This document shows, in pieces, positions 1-10,200 of a stretch of 64,000 nucleotides of DNA; the first letter of the stretch is position 1; every line of letters begins with the position of its first letter. Below the pieces are notes generated by a model that was given only the letters and a program-made list of their open reading frames with translations, ran no database searches and was not told the origin of the DNA. Source of the DNA: Spirochaetia bacterium (lineage in GTDB: Bacteria > Oederibacteriota > PGYV01 > Palsa-1178); NCBI GenBank assembly GCA_021372235.1, contig JAJFUW010000146.1, forward strand, positions 322 through 64,321, given 5' to 3'. A program made the translations under genes and the position numbers.

Positions 1-1533
1 GAAGGTGGACTCGTTGAAGGATATAATGTTCATGGAGTTACCCGTGGAACCAAAAAGGTTTGCTGACATATTGTTGTAGACAAAAAGCACAGGCGAGTCA
101 TTCGAGGTATCCATGGTTAGTGAACCGTTTTCACCGATATAGACCGTGCCGTAAATGCAGACGTTTGATGATGTGGATGAACCCACCCTGGGGCCGCCTA
201 TCCGCAGTTCGCCGTTTACATACATCAGGCCGTAGTGTTTCACCTTTGTGAGCTTGGAATTTGCAGGATTTGAGGTATCCCTGACATAGTGGTAACCGTC
301 GGTATTCTGAGGGAAGTACCAGTTGCCAGGAGGGGAAATATTGCTGATGCGGTCCGCATTTGTCCCGGTGCCGCTGCCGAGGTTCCATGTATATCCGCCG
401 GTGTAGGTGATATTTGACGGGGTGTCACCCTTGATGACAAGCGGGCCCATGATTATGCAGGTGCCCTGGGTCATGTACTGGTTGGAATTTGTTACATAAA
501 AATTCAGCGTGTTGGCAGTATAAGTCAGGCTGCCGCTGTAAGTGTTGCAGGTGGATCCACCTCTGACAGGCAGCCCGTCGGTAGTGTCTATGTACAGGAC
601 CGATGTCTGGCTCTTTAATTTTGACATCAACGTCAGTACGTTGGCCTGGGACACCTGTGCGATATTGCCCGGGCCGTAATAGGACCCTTGTTTTTTTGCC
701 TGACCTTTGTACCACTCAAAATCTATATCCGGGACATCGGCAAATTCGGAGAACGGGTGAGCGTTGGCAGTCGGGCTCATGTCATTATAGGTATAGCCAA
801 ATATCCAGTTGCCGGAGGCGCTGTTGTTTATGTGTGTGTAAATGTCGTTCTTTGCGAATACTTTCGGGAGCCATTGTTCTCGCCATCCAGTTGTTCCGCG
901 GCCAACGTCAATATCGGGTATGCGGCAGTAGCCGCTCATGGTATTGCCGGAAAATATGTCGCCCCAGAAGAAATTCGCCCTGAAAGTGGGGGATACGAGG
1001 TTCGCCGGCTGGATGCACGGTATGTCAATTTTGCCTTTTGACAGCAGCGGCCCGCTAAGTTTCATTCTTTCGATGACCGCGTAGTAAGAACCGCTGCAAT
1101 TCGATCTTGCGGTATTAACCTTGATGCCGACGGTTCGGAAATTTTGCTTGGCCTGTCTGGAGTATGGATCGCTGAGGGTGGTAAAAAAAAGATTTCCTTC
1201 GGTCAGGTGTATTTTGTAATTGCCTATTTTCTGCCCGCCGCTGTTTATTTCAAACTCGTGGCCGTAACCATTGTAATTGGCCATGCCCGTCAGGCCGACT
1301 TTGTACCAGTTGTCGCCCTGCTGCAATTTATAGATCACCTGCTCGAGGGCCATGGAAGCGAGTTCCTGTTTTTGCATAACACAGTTCTGCCTGACAGACA
1401 GTATGGATTCTTTTCTGAATAGCGACACCATGGTCATACCGAGCAGTGTCAGCACCGCGGCAAGCATCATGACAAAAACAAGTGTTTGGCCGGCTGAAGA
1501 TCCTGTCAACGTCCGTGTTTTCCTGTCGGGCAT
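1..1533 (-). CDS. PilX-like minor pilin / pilus assembly protein (partial, continues past left edge)
   Basis: Not in ORF track because no stop lies in the window. Hand translation of the minus strand from the ATG at 1533 gives MPDRKTRTLTGSSAGQTLVFVMMLAAVLTLLGMTMVSL..., a PilX_N-like hydrophobic N-terminus (GQTLVFVMML..LTLLG). It runs open to position 1, and the other five frames are fragmented there. Same strand and 11 nt downstream of the pseudopilin gene. Confidence 0.5.
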   Translation of the reverse strand, partial: MPDRKTRTLTGSSAGQTLVFVMMLAAVLTLLGMTMVSLFRKESILSVRQNCVMQKQELASMALEQVIYKLQQGDNWYKVGLTGMANYNGYGHEFEINSGGQKIGNYKIHLTEGNLFFTTLSDPYSRQAKQNFRTVGIKVNTARSNCSGSYYAVIERMKLSGPLLSKGKIDIPCIQPANLVSPTFRANFFWGDIFSGNTMSGYCRIPDIDVGRGTTGWREQWLPKVFAKNDIYTHINNSASGNWIFGYTYNDMSPTANAHPFSEFADVPDIDFEWYKGQAKKQGSYYGPGNIAQVSQANVLTLMSKLKSQTSVLYIDTTDGLPVRGGSTCNTYSGSLTYTANTLNFYVTNSNQYMTQGTCIIMGPLVIKGDTPSNITYTGGYTWNLGSGTGTNADRISNISPPGNWYFPQNTDGYHYVRDTSNPANSKLTKVKHYGLMYVNGELRIGGPRVGSSTSSNVCIYGTVYIGENGSLTMDTSNDSPVLFVYNNMSANLFGSTGNSMNIISFNESTF

Positions 1534-1544
1534 GTTATACTCTC

Positions 1545-2204
1545 CTAATTATTATAATAACCGGCAGAATTCATGTGCTTTACGACGGCAATATCTTTTA
1601 AAAAAACCGTTAGAATCGGTCTGTCGTTCATTACCAGCTTTGAGAGCCGAACGGCGGTCGATATCTTTGTGCCTTCGGGAGAATCAATAAAGGCAAATTC
1701 CAGCGAATCCGCATTTGCGGTGATTGTTATGGAAGTGTATTTGGTGTTGTTGCTGACAGCCGTAGAATCTGTCATGTCGGTACCCGGTTTCACCTGCGGG
1801 AAGGAGGCTACAATATAATTCCTGTCCTGGTAGATTTCGACAGGGGCGCCCTTAACGCCCACGGTCTCGATATCGTTCGACATGCCGCAACCGCATTTGA
1901 CCCTGTTGGACGACACAAAGATCGTTTCGCCCGCCAGACAGGAGAGGTAACTGTTGACAGGCGACGAAGTGTTGAGCCTTGAGATGGAAATCGTGGACCC
2001 CTGAGAAACCTGCACAATTTTTTTGATCATCAGCATTGTCATCCTGGCTTCGCTGTCAAGGGCCATCCTGGCGGTACCGTAATTCCACATATAGAGGCCG
2101 TTGTTTAAAAGGTTGTACAGCCCCACTGTCACGATGCCCATGAGGGTAGCCGTTAACATCAGTTCAATGAGGGTAAAGCCTTTTTTACGGCCGGATAGTT
2201 TCAT
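1545..2204 (-). CDS. prepilin-type N-terminal cleavage/methylation domain protein (pseudopilin/minor pilin)
   Basis: N-terminus MKLSGRKKGFTLIELMLTATLMGIVTV is a class III signal (G/FTLIE motif plus hydrophobic helix). 219 aa. Confidence 0.75.
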   Translation of the reverse strand: MKLSGRKKGFTLIELMLTATLMGIVTVGLYNLLNNGLYMWNYGTARMALDSEARMTMLMIKKIVQVSQGSTISISRLNTSSPVNSYLSCLAGETIFVSSNRVKCGCGMSNDIETVGVKGAPVEIYQDRNYIVASFPQVKPGTDMTDSTAVSNNTKYTSITITANADSLEFAFIDSPEGTKISTAVRLSKLVMNDRPILTVFLKDIAVVKHMNSAGYYNN

Positions 2205-2214
2205 TGTATGCCCC

Positions 2215-4839
2215 TTAATATGTTGTCCAGGATGATGAAGGGTCCCCGGTAAAATTATTCCCTGAAGTGTTTGGCGATATACCGGAGAGGACCTTGTAAT
2301 ATTTTTTAATAGTCCTCACAGGTTTCTGTACCGTACCTGTAATAGAGACCGAAGAGTAGTAGGCGTAAATATTATAAGTCGCGCCGACGGGCGCTTTGAT
2401 GCTGTATGAGGAATTCTGCCCGGATATGGAGCCGTAGTATGGCTGTGTCACGCGAAGCCTCTGAGTATGGCCCTGCATGTTTTGGTCAGCATTGGTCCTG
2501 GTGTATTTATCCGCAACAAGTGTTACGGACGAGGGATAAGCCAGAATCAAAAGCCCGCCGGCCGAATCCGCCTCTGTAAGGTTTATGGTCCCGGAAATTG
2601 TGCCGTATTTGGCCCTGATTTTGAAATCTTTACCGAATGTGGTGATGCCCTGTACTACGGATACGTTTGACCAGTACTGGCCTATCGGGTAGGTGATGAC
2701 GTACTCATCCTCGTCAACGGAAGGCTGGACCTTGTAACCGCTGCCTACAGGGATGTCGGCTATCTCGTAAATACCCGATGCGTTTGACAGCCCCGAACCC
2801 AAGACGGTTCCGGCGTTATTTTTGAGCTCCACGGTAATCCCCGAAACAGGGTCTCCTGTCACGTCGTCTGTTATCATGCCCGAGACCTTGCCTACGGGGT
2901 ACATCAGTATATCCGGTGCGTACTGCACACCGTTCTGGATGGAGGACAATGAGATGGGCTCGGATATCCTGTATCCCGATAGAGAGGCTGTCAATATGTA
3001 TGAACCCACCGTTGCAGGCATTATGGTGTAATTGCCTCCGCCGACGGTTGTCGGGCTCACATCAAGCGGGTCCGACAGGTATACTTCGGCGCCTATGAGG
3101 CCTAATCCGGTAAGCGCGTCCTTGACCCTGCCGTTTATAGTAGGCACATCTGAGGTTACGGTCAGGAAGATGTCCTGGTACGTTACGGTGCCTGCCGATA
3201 CCGGGACTCCGGTCAGGCGTGCATAATAGGATATGGGCGGGGAGTCGCTGGTCCTCCTGGTTGCCTCGAGCACGGTCTCACCGGTGGACGGGTCGATGTT
3301 GTCAACCCTGTAATAGCATGCGGTCGTCAGGTATGGCATGGACAGGCCGTCCAGGGATTTTATCGTGGCATTGTCCGCGCATGGCGACGGATAGGGTGTC
3401 GGCGTAACAGCAGGGGTGAATGTCGATGTGGGTACGGGTGTTGCGACCGCGTATTGCACCTCGAGGTACGCGTAATCCATGCCAATCCAGGCTATGAAGT
3501 TCGGGCTGGTATTGGCGCTTCTGAAGGCAACACCAAGGCTGTTGACCTTTGCCCAGGTCCAGGAGTCATAAAGCGGGGTCAGCGGGACTGAAAATTCCAG
3601 GTAGTCTGCCATGTTCGGTATGTTTGTACTGTTGTAAACAGTTGAAACGGTGCCAGTCCAGCCGCTTGGCACGGCGGTATCTGCCCAGACAGACCCGCCG
3701 TTGTTAGTCACATGCAGCCGCACGGTCGCGGAACCGTAGTAACAGTTAGCCCTGTATTTCAGGGTAACACTGCAGATATATGTGTTGGCCTCGGTATAGT
3801 CGGCGAATTGCGAATATAGCAGCCTGTTGTTGCGGTTAACCAGGAACCCAAGATCGGTATCAGAGTCATTGTTGTCCTGTACGGATATACGCGTAGGGTA
3901 GTTCCAGTTGGAGGTTTTACCAGACATGGAACCGGTGGCCCCCAGTATCTTTGTAATGCCACAGAAGGGCACGGGTGTCGGCGACGGCGTGACAACCGGC
4001 GTGGGGGTCGCTATGACGTCCCAAAAGACATTACCGGAAACCGAGCCGCAGTCAACGGCGGGGCATGTGATGTTTATGTTCGGGATTACAGTGGGGATGT
4101 CGGGGACTGTCAGGGGGTTGGATGTGTATTCAGTATCCTGGAGCCCTGCACCCTTTGCGACCAGGCTGTATGAGCCGGGCGCAACGTTGGATATGGAGTA
4201 ATTGCCCGCGTCATCCGCTATCCTCCCGGTATACTGCGGGTAGCCGATGAAATGTACCGAGGCGTTGGAACCCAGGCCCGGGTCCGTGACGGTCCCGTCG
4301 TTCAGAAGTTTGCGGACGCGGCCACTGACCGTTGAGCCCGATAGTGGCAGCTGCTTGTTCGAAACCAGCGTCGACATCCTGCTGGATTTCTCAAAACCGC
4401 CAGACATGTATGTCACCACAACAGTTATCATCTTCAGGTCGTGCTTGTTATCAGGCGGGAGCTCTGACTGTTTTGACGGGGTTATGTTGCCGTCGTTTTG
4501 TTCATACGCGTACTGGACATACCTGTAGACCTTGAATGGTTGGTTTCCTATCATTACGGACTCATAATAGTCGGGGTTCGATTCGAGTTTGGAAAGCGGG
4601 TCAGGCAGCAGGTTGTCGTCGGTAACGGCCAGCCCCTCAAAACTGTTCTGCCGCATCCTGTCGAGGTTTTCCGATACAAGGTTCATGGAGTATGTTTTCA
4701 TCTGGGAAGCTGTTATATCCCTGTAAACCCTCGTGATCAGGTTTACTGCGGCGACTATCATTATTGCGGTAATTGTGGAGGAAATGAGCAATTCTATTAA
4801 TGTGACACCTCTGGATCCAGAGATTTTTTTCATCATCAT
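2215..4839 (-). CDS. giant (874 aa) prepilin-type N-terminal domain protein with repeated beta-sandwich (CarboxypepD_reg/Cna-B-like) domains and PT-rich linkers
   Basis: N-terminus MMMKKISGSRGVTLIELLISSTITAIMIVAAV (GVTLIEL pilin motif). Body has several ~80-aa units with the G.V.D...G.pl.gA.V...P.....Yt....G.Y pattern typical of CarboxypepD_reg-like folds, plus TPTPVVTPSPTPVP and TPVPTSTFTPAVTPTPYPSP linkers. 10-nt gap to the downstream pilin gene. Confidence 0.7.
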   Translation of the reverse strand: MMMKKISGSRGVTLIELLISSTITAIMIVAAVNLITRVYRDITASQMKTYSMNLVSENLDRMRQNSFEGLAVTDDNLLPDPLSKLESNPDYYESVMIGNQPFKVYRYVQYAYEQNDGNITPSKQSELPPDNKHDLKMITVVVTYMSGGFEKSSRMSTLVSNKQLPLSGSTVSGRVRKLLNDGTVTDPGLGSNASVHFIGYPQYTGRIADDAGNYSISNVAPGSYSLVAKGAGLQDTEYTSNPLTVPDIPTVIPNINITCPAVDCGSVSGNVFWDVIATPTPVVTPSPTPVPFCGITKILGATGSMSGKTSNWNYPTRISVQDNNDSDTDLGFLVNRNNRLLYSQFADYTEANTYICSVTLKYRANCYYGSATVRLHVTNNGGSVWADTAVPSGWTGTVSTVYNSTNIPNMADYLEFSVPLTPLYDSWTWAKVNSLGVAFRSANTSPNFIAWIGMDYAYLEVQYAVATPVPTSTFTPAVTPTPYPSPCADNATIKSLDGLSMPYLTTACYYRVDNIDPSTGETVLEATRRTSDSPPISYYARLTGVPVSAGTVTYQDIFLTVTSDVPTINGRVKDALTGLGLIGAEVYLSDPLDVSPTTVGGGNYTIMPATVGSYILTASLSGYRISEPISLSSIQNGVQYAPDILMYPVGKVSGMITDDVTGDPVSGITVELKNNAGTVLGSGLSNASGIYEIADIPVGSGYKVQPSVDEDEYVITYPIGQYWSNVSVVQGITTFGKDFKIRAKYGTISGTINLTEADSAGGLLILAYPSSVTLVADKYTRTNADQNMQGHTQRLRVTQPYYGSISGQNSSYSIKAPVGATYNIYAYYSSVSITGTVQKPVRTIKKYYKVLSGISPNTSGNNFTGDPSSSWTTY

Positions 4840-4891
4840 ACCTTCATTTATTTAATATCTAACAATATAATTATACAATAAGCTGGTAAAA

Positions 4892-5650
4892 TTACAACTT
4901 TTTTGTAAAGTTTGATTTTATAAGATATACAATTATTGATACAAAAAATATGACGGCACAGGTGATCTGCACCGGGGTCGGGAAAGAGTATCTGTCCTGA
5001 TACCGCATCAATTCCAGGAAAAACCTTGCAGCGGAGTAAAAAAACGCCAGCAGGACCATAAGTTCGCCGCTGAATTTTTGGTTTTTTTTCCTTATGAGAA
5101 GTATAATCAATATAAATAACCAGACGGTTGACTCGAATAACTGGACAGGCAGCAATGGCATGCCCGCGAATATTGTATATGGGTATGAACCATAGGGGTA
5201 GTTTACGCAAAATTCCCATCCGTTGGATGGCGGGATGCCAAAACAGCAGCCGCGCAACTGACAGCCCATCTTGGCGAACATACACCCTGCGGCAATTGAC
5301 GGCGCGAAATAGTCTGAAGCAATCCACGGATCGGTCTTTAGCAGACGGGCAATTGGGAAGGCAAATAGCGTAGCGGTTATTAGGCCCGGTAAAAGAGAGA
5401 CATCTCCCCAAAAAGAGAGGAGGCATCCGGCCTTGCCGGAGAGCAGGCAGACAACCATCTCCCAGCCGCGTGCCCCGCAGTAAAACGGGATAATAATAAC
5501 AGCCGCAAAGAGGAGTAGTTTTATCCGTTCCTGCCTGTCAATCGGTCTGGTGGTGTAAATCAGGAGGGAAAAACCGCATATTATACCGGCAACGGCAAGT
5601 ATATTGTACGACGGGACCTGCAGTGTGGCAAAATAGAAATATGGTATCAT
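4892..5650 (-). CDS. Lgt-family (prolipoprotein diacylglyceryl transferase-like) membrane protein, divergent, Cys-rich signature
   Basis: By-eye alignment to E. coli Lgt. SDYFAPSIAAG matches SDFIAPLIPFG; LLPVQLFESTVWLFILIIL matches HPSQLYELLLEGVVLFIIL; FFYSAARFFLELMRYQD matches IGYGAFRIIVEFFRQPD (Y...R...E conserved). Canonical G-R-L-G-N-F-I-N-G-E signature replaced by AKMGCQLRGCCFG. Confidence 0.65.
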   Translation of the reverse strand: MIPYFYFATLQVPSYNILAVAGIICGFSLLIYTTRPIDRQERIKLLLFAAVIIIPFYCGARGWEMVVCLLSGKAGCLLSFWGDVSLLPGLITATLFAFPIARLLKTDPWIASDYFAPSIAAGCMFAKMGCQLRGCCFGIPPSNGWEFCVNYPYGSYPYTIFAGMPLLPVQLFESTVWLFILIILLIRKKNQKFSGELMVLLAFFYSAARFFLELMRYQDRYSFPTPVQITCAVIFFVSIIVYLIKSNFTKKL

Positions 5651-5841
5651 CAGCGCTCCACCTTTTTTCTATTATATCATAATTAAATCTGAAAAAAGGC
5701 ATAAAATGAATATTGTCCTGTATGATTACAGGATGAATGGCGGGAATGTCAATATATTGAAAAATAGAAAAATGAGATTTTTGTGATTTTTGGGAACAAC
5801 CGTATAAAGCAGAGTGTCATAATGGAATATATTTGATTAAA

Positions 5842-6571
5842 CTATACAGGCTTGCGTTTTACCCATACAAAAACAGCCAAAAGTATGGCCAATAAGCACC
5901 ACAACCGGCCAATGGAGAGTATTTGAACGCTGTCGTTGTGGCGGAAAAACTCGATTGTGAAGCGGAAAGTGCCGTAAATGAAGAAAACTGCGGCTATCAT
6001 CCTGCCAAAGACAGGCTTGTTTCTATATAATAATATAAGCAGGATGAACGTGACGAGCCATGCCGTGGATTCGTACAATTGCGCAGGGTACAGGGGCAGG
6101 TCCGGGTATATCTGCGAAGCGCCGCTGTTAAAGGGGAAGGTAACGGCAAAAGGCGTATCAACAGGGCACGGCGTTCCGAAACAACAGCCGATAAAAAAAC
6201 AACCGAGTTTGACGAAAAATCCGCCTATCGCGATAGAGGGAGCGTACAGGTCGGCGGTTTCCCAGACATCTATATTTAAAAATTTGGCTGCGGGGAATGC
6301 GCAGAGTACGGCTGTCGCGAGCCCCACACCACAGCGAATCGCCGGACGGCGTGGCCGCAATGTAATGGGAAATAATGCCGCCGAGGCGCGCGCCGATGAT
6401 GAACGGGATAAAGATAGCTGCGGATAACAAAAAAATATTTTTTCTATTGTGCGACCCTATGGAGCGTGTCAGGAAAAACAGCATGATAAACCCGGAGGCA
6501 GCGCCGAGCAGGTCAAAGAGATAAGCTGTCTTGAAAACAAACCTGTTGAATTCAAAAAGTATGGGATACAT
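5842..6571 (-). pseudogene. second Lgt-family paralog, apparent +1/-1 frameshift near 6320-6345 (or sequencing error)
   Basis: ORF 6571..6158 encodes the N-terminal TM part (..PFIIGARLGGIISHYIAA) then runs into nonsense. ORF 6360..5842 in another frame encodes the conserved continuation (AFPAAKFLNIDVWETADLYAPSIAIGGFFVKLGCFFIGCCFG...QLYEST...FIYGTFRFTIEFFRHND). The frame switch falls at the cccc run 6322-6325. Confidence 0.55.
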
Positions 6572-6654
6572 CCCGGCCGCCTTTCGTAAATTATTTTCTG
6601 ACGGACCATTATAGCATAAAGAAAAGTAATTTTTGGTTTGCGGGGTAATTTTAG

Positions 6655-6696
6655 TTACGAAAAATAATTGAAATCTGTCAAAAAATCTACTATAAT
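6655..6696 (+). promoter_or_regulatory. sigma70-like promoter (TTGAAA-17-TATAAT), copy 1 of a duplicated ~41-nt promoter block
   Basis: ttacgaaaaataattgaaatctgtcaaaaaatctactataat; -35 at 6668-6673, -10 at 6691-6696, 17-nt spacer. Near-identical copy at 12431-12472. Confidence 0.5.
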
Positions 6697-6730
6697 AGCC
6701 ATATAGTAATTAAATTTCAAGGACGGGAAA

Positions 6731-7168
6731 ATGAAGAAAATAAAAGCGGTCGCATTGTCATTATTGTTTGTTTTTATTTTTTTGCCATTCGTTTCAGCCG
6801 AGGTCAATACGGTAAGCGTAATCAGCCTGACCCCTCCAAACCCAAATCCCGGCGACTCTGTGGCTGTTGAGTTTAGTTACTGTGTTGGTGCAAATGAAGA
6901 GAGCAGGTTCATGCTCGCTGTTTCGTCATATCCGACTTTCCAGGCCGGAGGCACGACCGGACAAGATTTCAAAGTAAGCGAAGGCGGATTTGATATAGGA
7001 GGTACAGGCGGAGGGACGGCAAGTGTCAGCGGTGGTTATGACATGAACGACCAGCAGGGCGCGGCCCATTGCCAGACCCTGACATGGAACATCCATATAC
7101 CGAACACCATATCCGAAGGCGGCACCTATTATGTTGTGATCGGAGGCAAGACGGGTATAAAATTTTAA
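6731..7168 (+). CDS. small secreted protein; truncated paralog (N-terminal domain only) of the 12507..14786 protein
   Basis: Signal peptide MKKIKAVALSLLFVFIFLPFVSA. Residues 24-145 align with the N-terminus of the 759-aa protein, including the conserved Cys pair (FSYCVGANEES / AAHCQTLTWNIHIP). Stops exactly where AT-rich DNA begins. Confidence 0.7.
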   Translation: MKKIKAVALSLLFVFIFLPFVSAEVNTVSVISLTPPNPNPGDSVAVEFSYCVGANEESRFMLAVSSYPTFQAGGTTGQDFKVSEGGFDIGGTGGGTASVSGGYDMNDQQGAAHCQTLTWNIHIPNTISEGGTYYVVIGGKTGIKF

Positions 7169-7233
7169 TAAATTTAAATATTGATGTTGGGCGAAAATAT
7201 TTTGCAAAAAAAATTCTCGGCCGGGGGTATTCT

Positions 7234-10200
7234 TTGATTAAAAAAAATCTTTTTATTTTAAATTTTATTTTTTTTACTTGTGTGACTATATATGGTGCTG
7301 CAGAAGTAAGGAATATTACTCTTTCCACGCAATGTATTAATCCCGGTCAAAGTATAACAGTTTCATTTGAAGTTAAATGTAATGCATATTTGAGAGTATA
7401 TGGTGATATATTATTTTCATCAAACTCGGTTGCAGAATATAGTGATGATTGTGTGTTTGGAGAGAACGGTTATTATGAAACCCCGGTTATTACTGGCCAC
7501 AACGGAGGATTACTTTTTGAAAATAACTATTCAACTTCAAATTGGAGTACAATCACAAAAACAATCCAAGTTCCTGATTTTTATACAGACGGAAAGTATT
7601 TAATTATAAATGTTGCAGAAAATTATCAACAACTGTTCAATTGGGGAAGCCATATTGAAGGAAGCAGTAGCCTATATATAAATATCTGCGAAAATTACAC
7701 AAATACATTAACGCCAACAATCGTTTTTCCTAATAATTCATTCACTGTAACTCCTACTTGTTCTTATACTATGACACAAACATTGTCACCGACGTCCTCG
7801 AATATTATTGTACCGACAATTACATGTACTCCAACAATAACAATTGCATTACCAGAAGTATATAAAGTGAGAATCGACTATAAACCTGGAAGTGATGAAA
7901 CAAACATAATCAAACCCTATTTTAGATTATACAACGAGAATACAATACCATTAGATCTTTCGAAGGTTAAAATAAAGTATTGGTACTTAATTGAAGATGA
8001 TTCACAAAATGAGAATAGAGAAATTTATTGGGTTGGAAAAAATAGCGGCGCAATAGATGTAACAAATAGCACTTTTGCTGAAATTAGTAAGACCAATATG
8101 GAAGATCAAAATCGTTGCTACGAAATAACATTCAGCAGCAGCGCGGGGCTATTAGATCAAGGGCAGTTTGTTGAGGTTCAAAGTGGAATATTTAAAGTGA
8201 ATTATAGCGATTATGATCAAGATAATGACTGGAGCTATAACAGCAGAAATGCAACATCTTTCGAATCTAATGGTAAAATAACTGTGAATGTCGACGGGAA
8301 AAATATATATGGAATGGTACCTTTTGATAAAAATCAACCAGTAATTATTAACATGAACTGTGGTGGTGCTGGATTTAATGACCACTTGGGAATTTTATAT
8401 TTGCAGGGACGTAAATATGAAAAAGGAGGATGGGGCTCAGAGTATTTTCCTGATATTTTAAGTAAACCTCAATTACCAATTGCAGGTACAGTCGACCAGT
8501 ATATTTATCAAAATGCGGTATTAGGAAGTCCAACGAAACCATTGCATTATATCTATGATAACATTCCAGTTGGATTGTATGAAGTAAAATTCAAATTCGC
8601 TGAAATTGATGAAAATGTAACAAGTGCTGGACAAAATGTATTTTCAATAGATATCGAAGACAAAAGTATTTTTCAATATATCGATGTGTTTGCTTCCGCC
8701 GGATTTGCCTATGCATATGAATTAGTAACCAAAGTTGCCGTATATGACGGTCAATTAAATATTGATTTTAATGGATCGTTTGCCAATGGGATTACAGTAC
8801 AGCAGATTTATGAGCAGGCAACACCGCAAACCTCAAGTAGTGCTACTTGTGATGCATGGGTTGACATTGACGGAGTCGGGCAGAATAATATTAATGTATC
8901 AAACACTGGAGAAAATTCGAAAAACCCATGGTTTGAAATTGACAGCAATAATCATACACACATAATGTGGATGGAGTATGCTGCTATATTAAGATATGAG
9001 GAGTGGGATGGAACATCCTGGAGAGGAGTTGGCGGTATAGGAAGTGGTTATTCAGCAGTAAACACACTTGGGAAAAGTATGCATTCATATTCATTCACAA
9101 TGGACGGGTCAGGTTATCCAGTTGTTACATTTGCAGGTAAATCTAGCTATAATGGAATATTTGACATTTATTGTACTAGATGGAATGGGTCAACGTGGGC
9201 CGATGTTACAGGCTCAGGAACAAGTAAATTGTGTGTTTGGTGCGGTAAACCCATAAACTATAATCCTTATGTTAAAATGGACTCTTTAGGAAATCCGCAC
9301 ATCGCATTTCATAGCATACCGTCTTATGGTGGCAGAATGGGTTATATAAGATGGAACGGAGCAGACTGGACGGATATTGATGGAGCAGGGACGGAAAAAG
9401 TGGTTATAGATAGACCCGGATTAGAGAATTCATATAATAGACAATTTGTTTTTGATTCAGCAAACCATCCGCATTTAGTTTGGATGCAGGAATATGATGG
9501 AACAGGCGAAATAAATTATATGAATTGGAATGGAACTAACTGGGTTGATGTGACGGGTTCCTCATCATTAAGTAAAATTAACATATCAAATAATAGCACT
9601 TACTCTACTTGCCCACAAATTGTTCTTGATTCAAGCGAATATCCAAATATTATATGGGTGGATGGTTCTACAAGTTCCAACAGTTTTAAGATAAATTTTC
9701 TAAAATGGAATGGAACTGCCTGGGTGGATATAGATGGTGTTGGAAAAGAATCTCAAGTTTTAAGTTTTACAAATTGTTCATCACAATCAGTTTCTATGGT
9801 TCTCGATAATGAAGGTAATCCGCATGTTGCTTGGGTTGACAAAAGTACAAATGAGCCATATTACGTATATTGGAATGGAACGGCATGGGTTGATGTTAGG
9901 GGTTCTACATCATTATCTAGTATTAAGGTTTATCAAGATACTGAAAAATATTCTAGTGCAAGTAGTGCCCAATTATGTCTTGATAATGATGGCATACCGC
10001 ATATCGCATGGACTAATTATAGCAAAAATAATGGATTTAGTGGCGAAATATACTATCTTAAATGGGGTGGAGCATGCCCGCCAACACCTACGCCTACACC
10101 TATAATTTGTGTATTAACTGAAACATCATATGGAGATAATGGGGAATTACAGTTAGAAAATTTAGCAGCATCGATGACAATGGACAATACGGGGAAAATA

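Noticed and set aside
4848-5426. 192-aa minus-strand ORF overlapping the Lgt-like gene in another frame
   Set aside because: Lies entirely inside 4892..5650, whose frame carries the conserved Lgt blocks. Composition (Arg/Cys/Pro-rich) is typical of an off-frame artefact.
7069-7233. N-terminal extension of the giant ORF (MPDPDMEHPYTEHHIRRRH...) from the TTG at 7069
   Set aside because: Overlaps the upstream gene by 100 nt and has no signal peptide. A TTG at 7234 with a GGGGG RBS gives a canonical signal peptide immediately.
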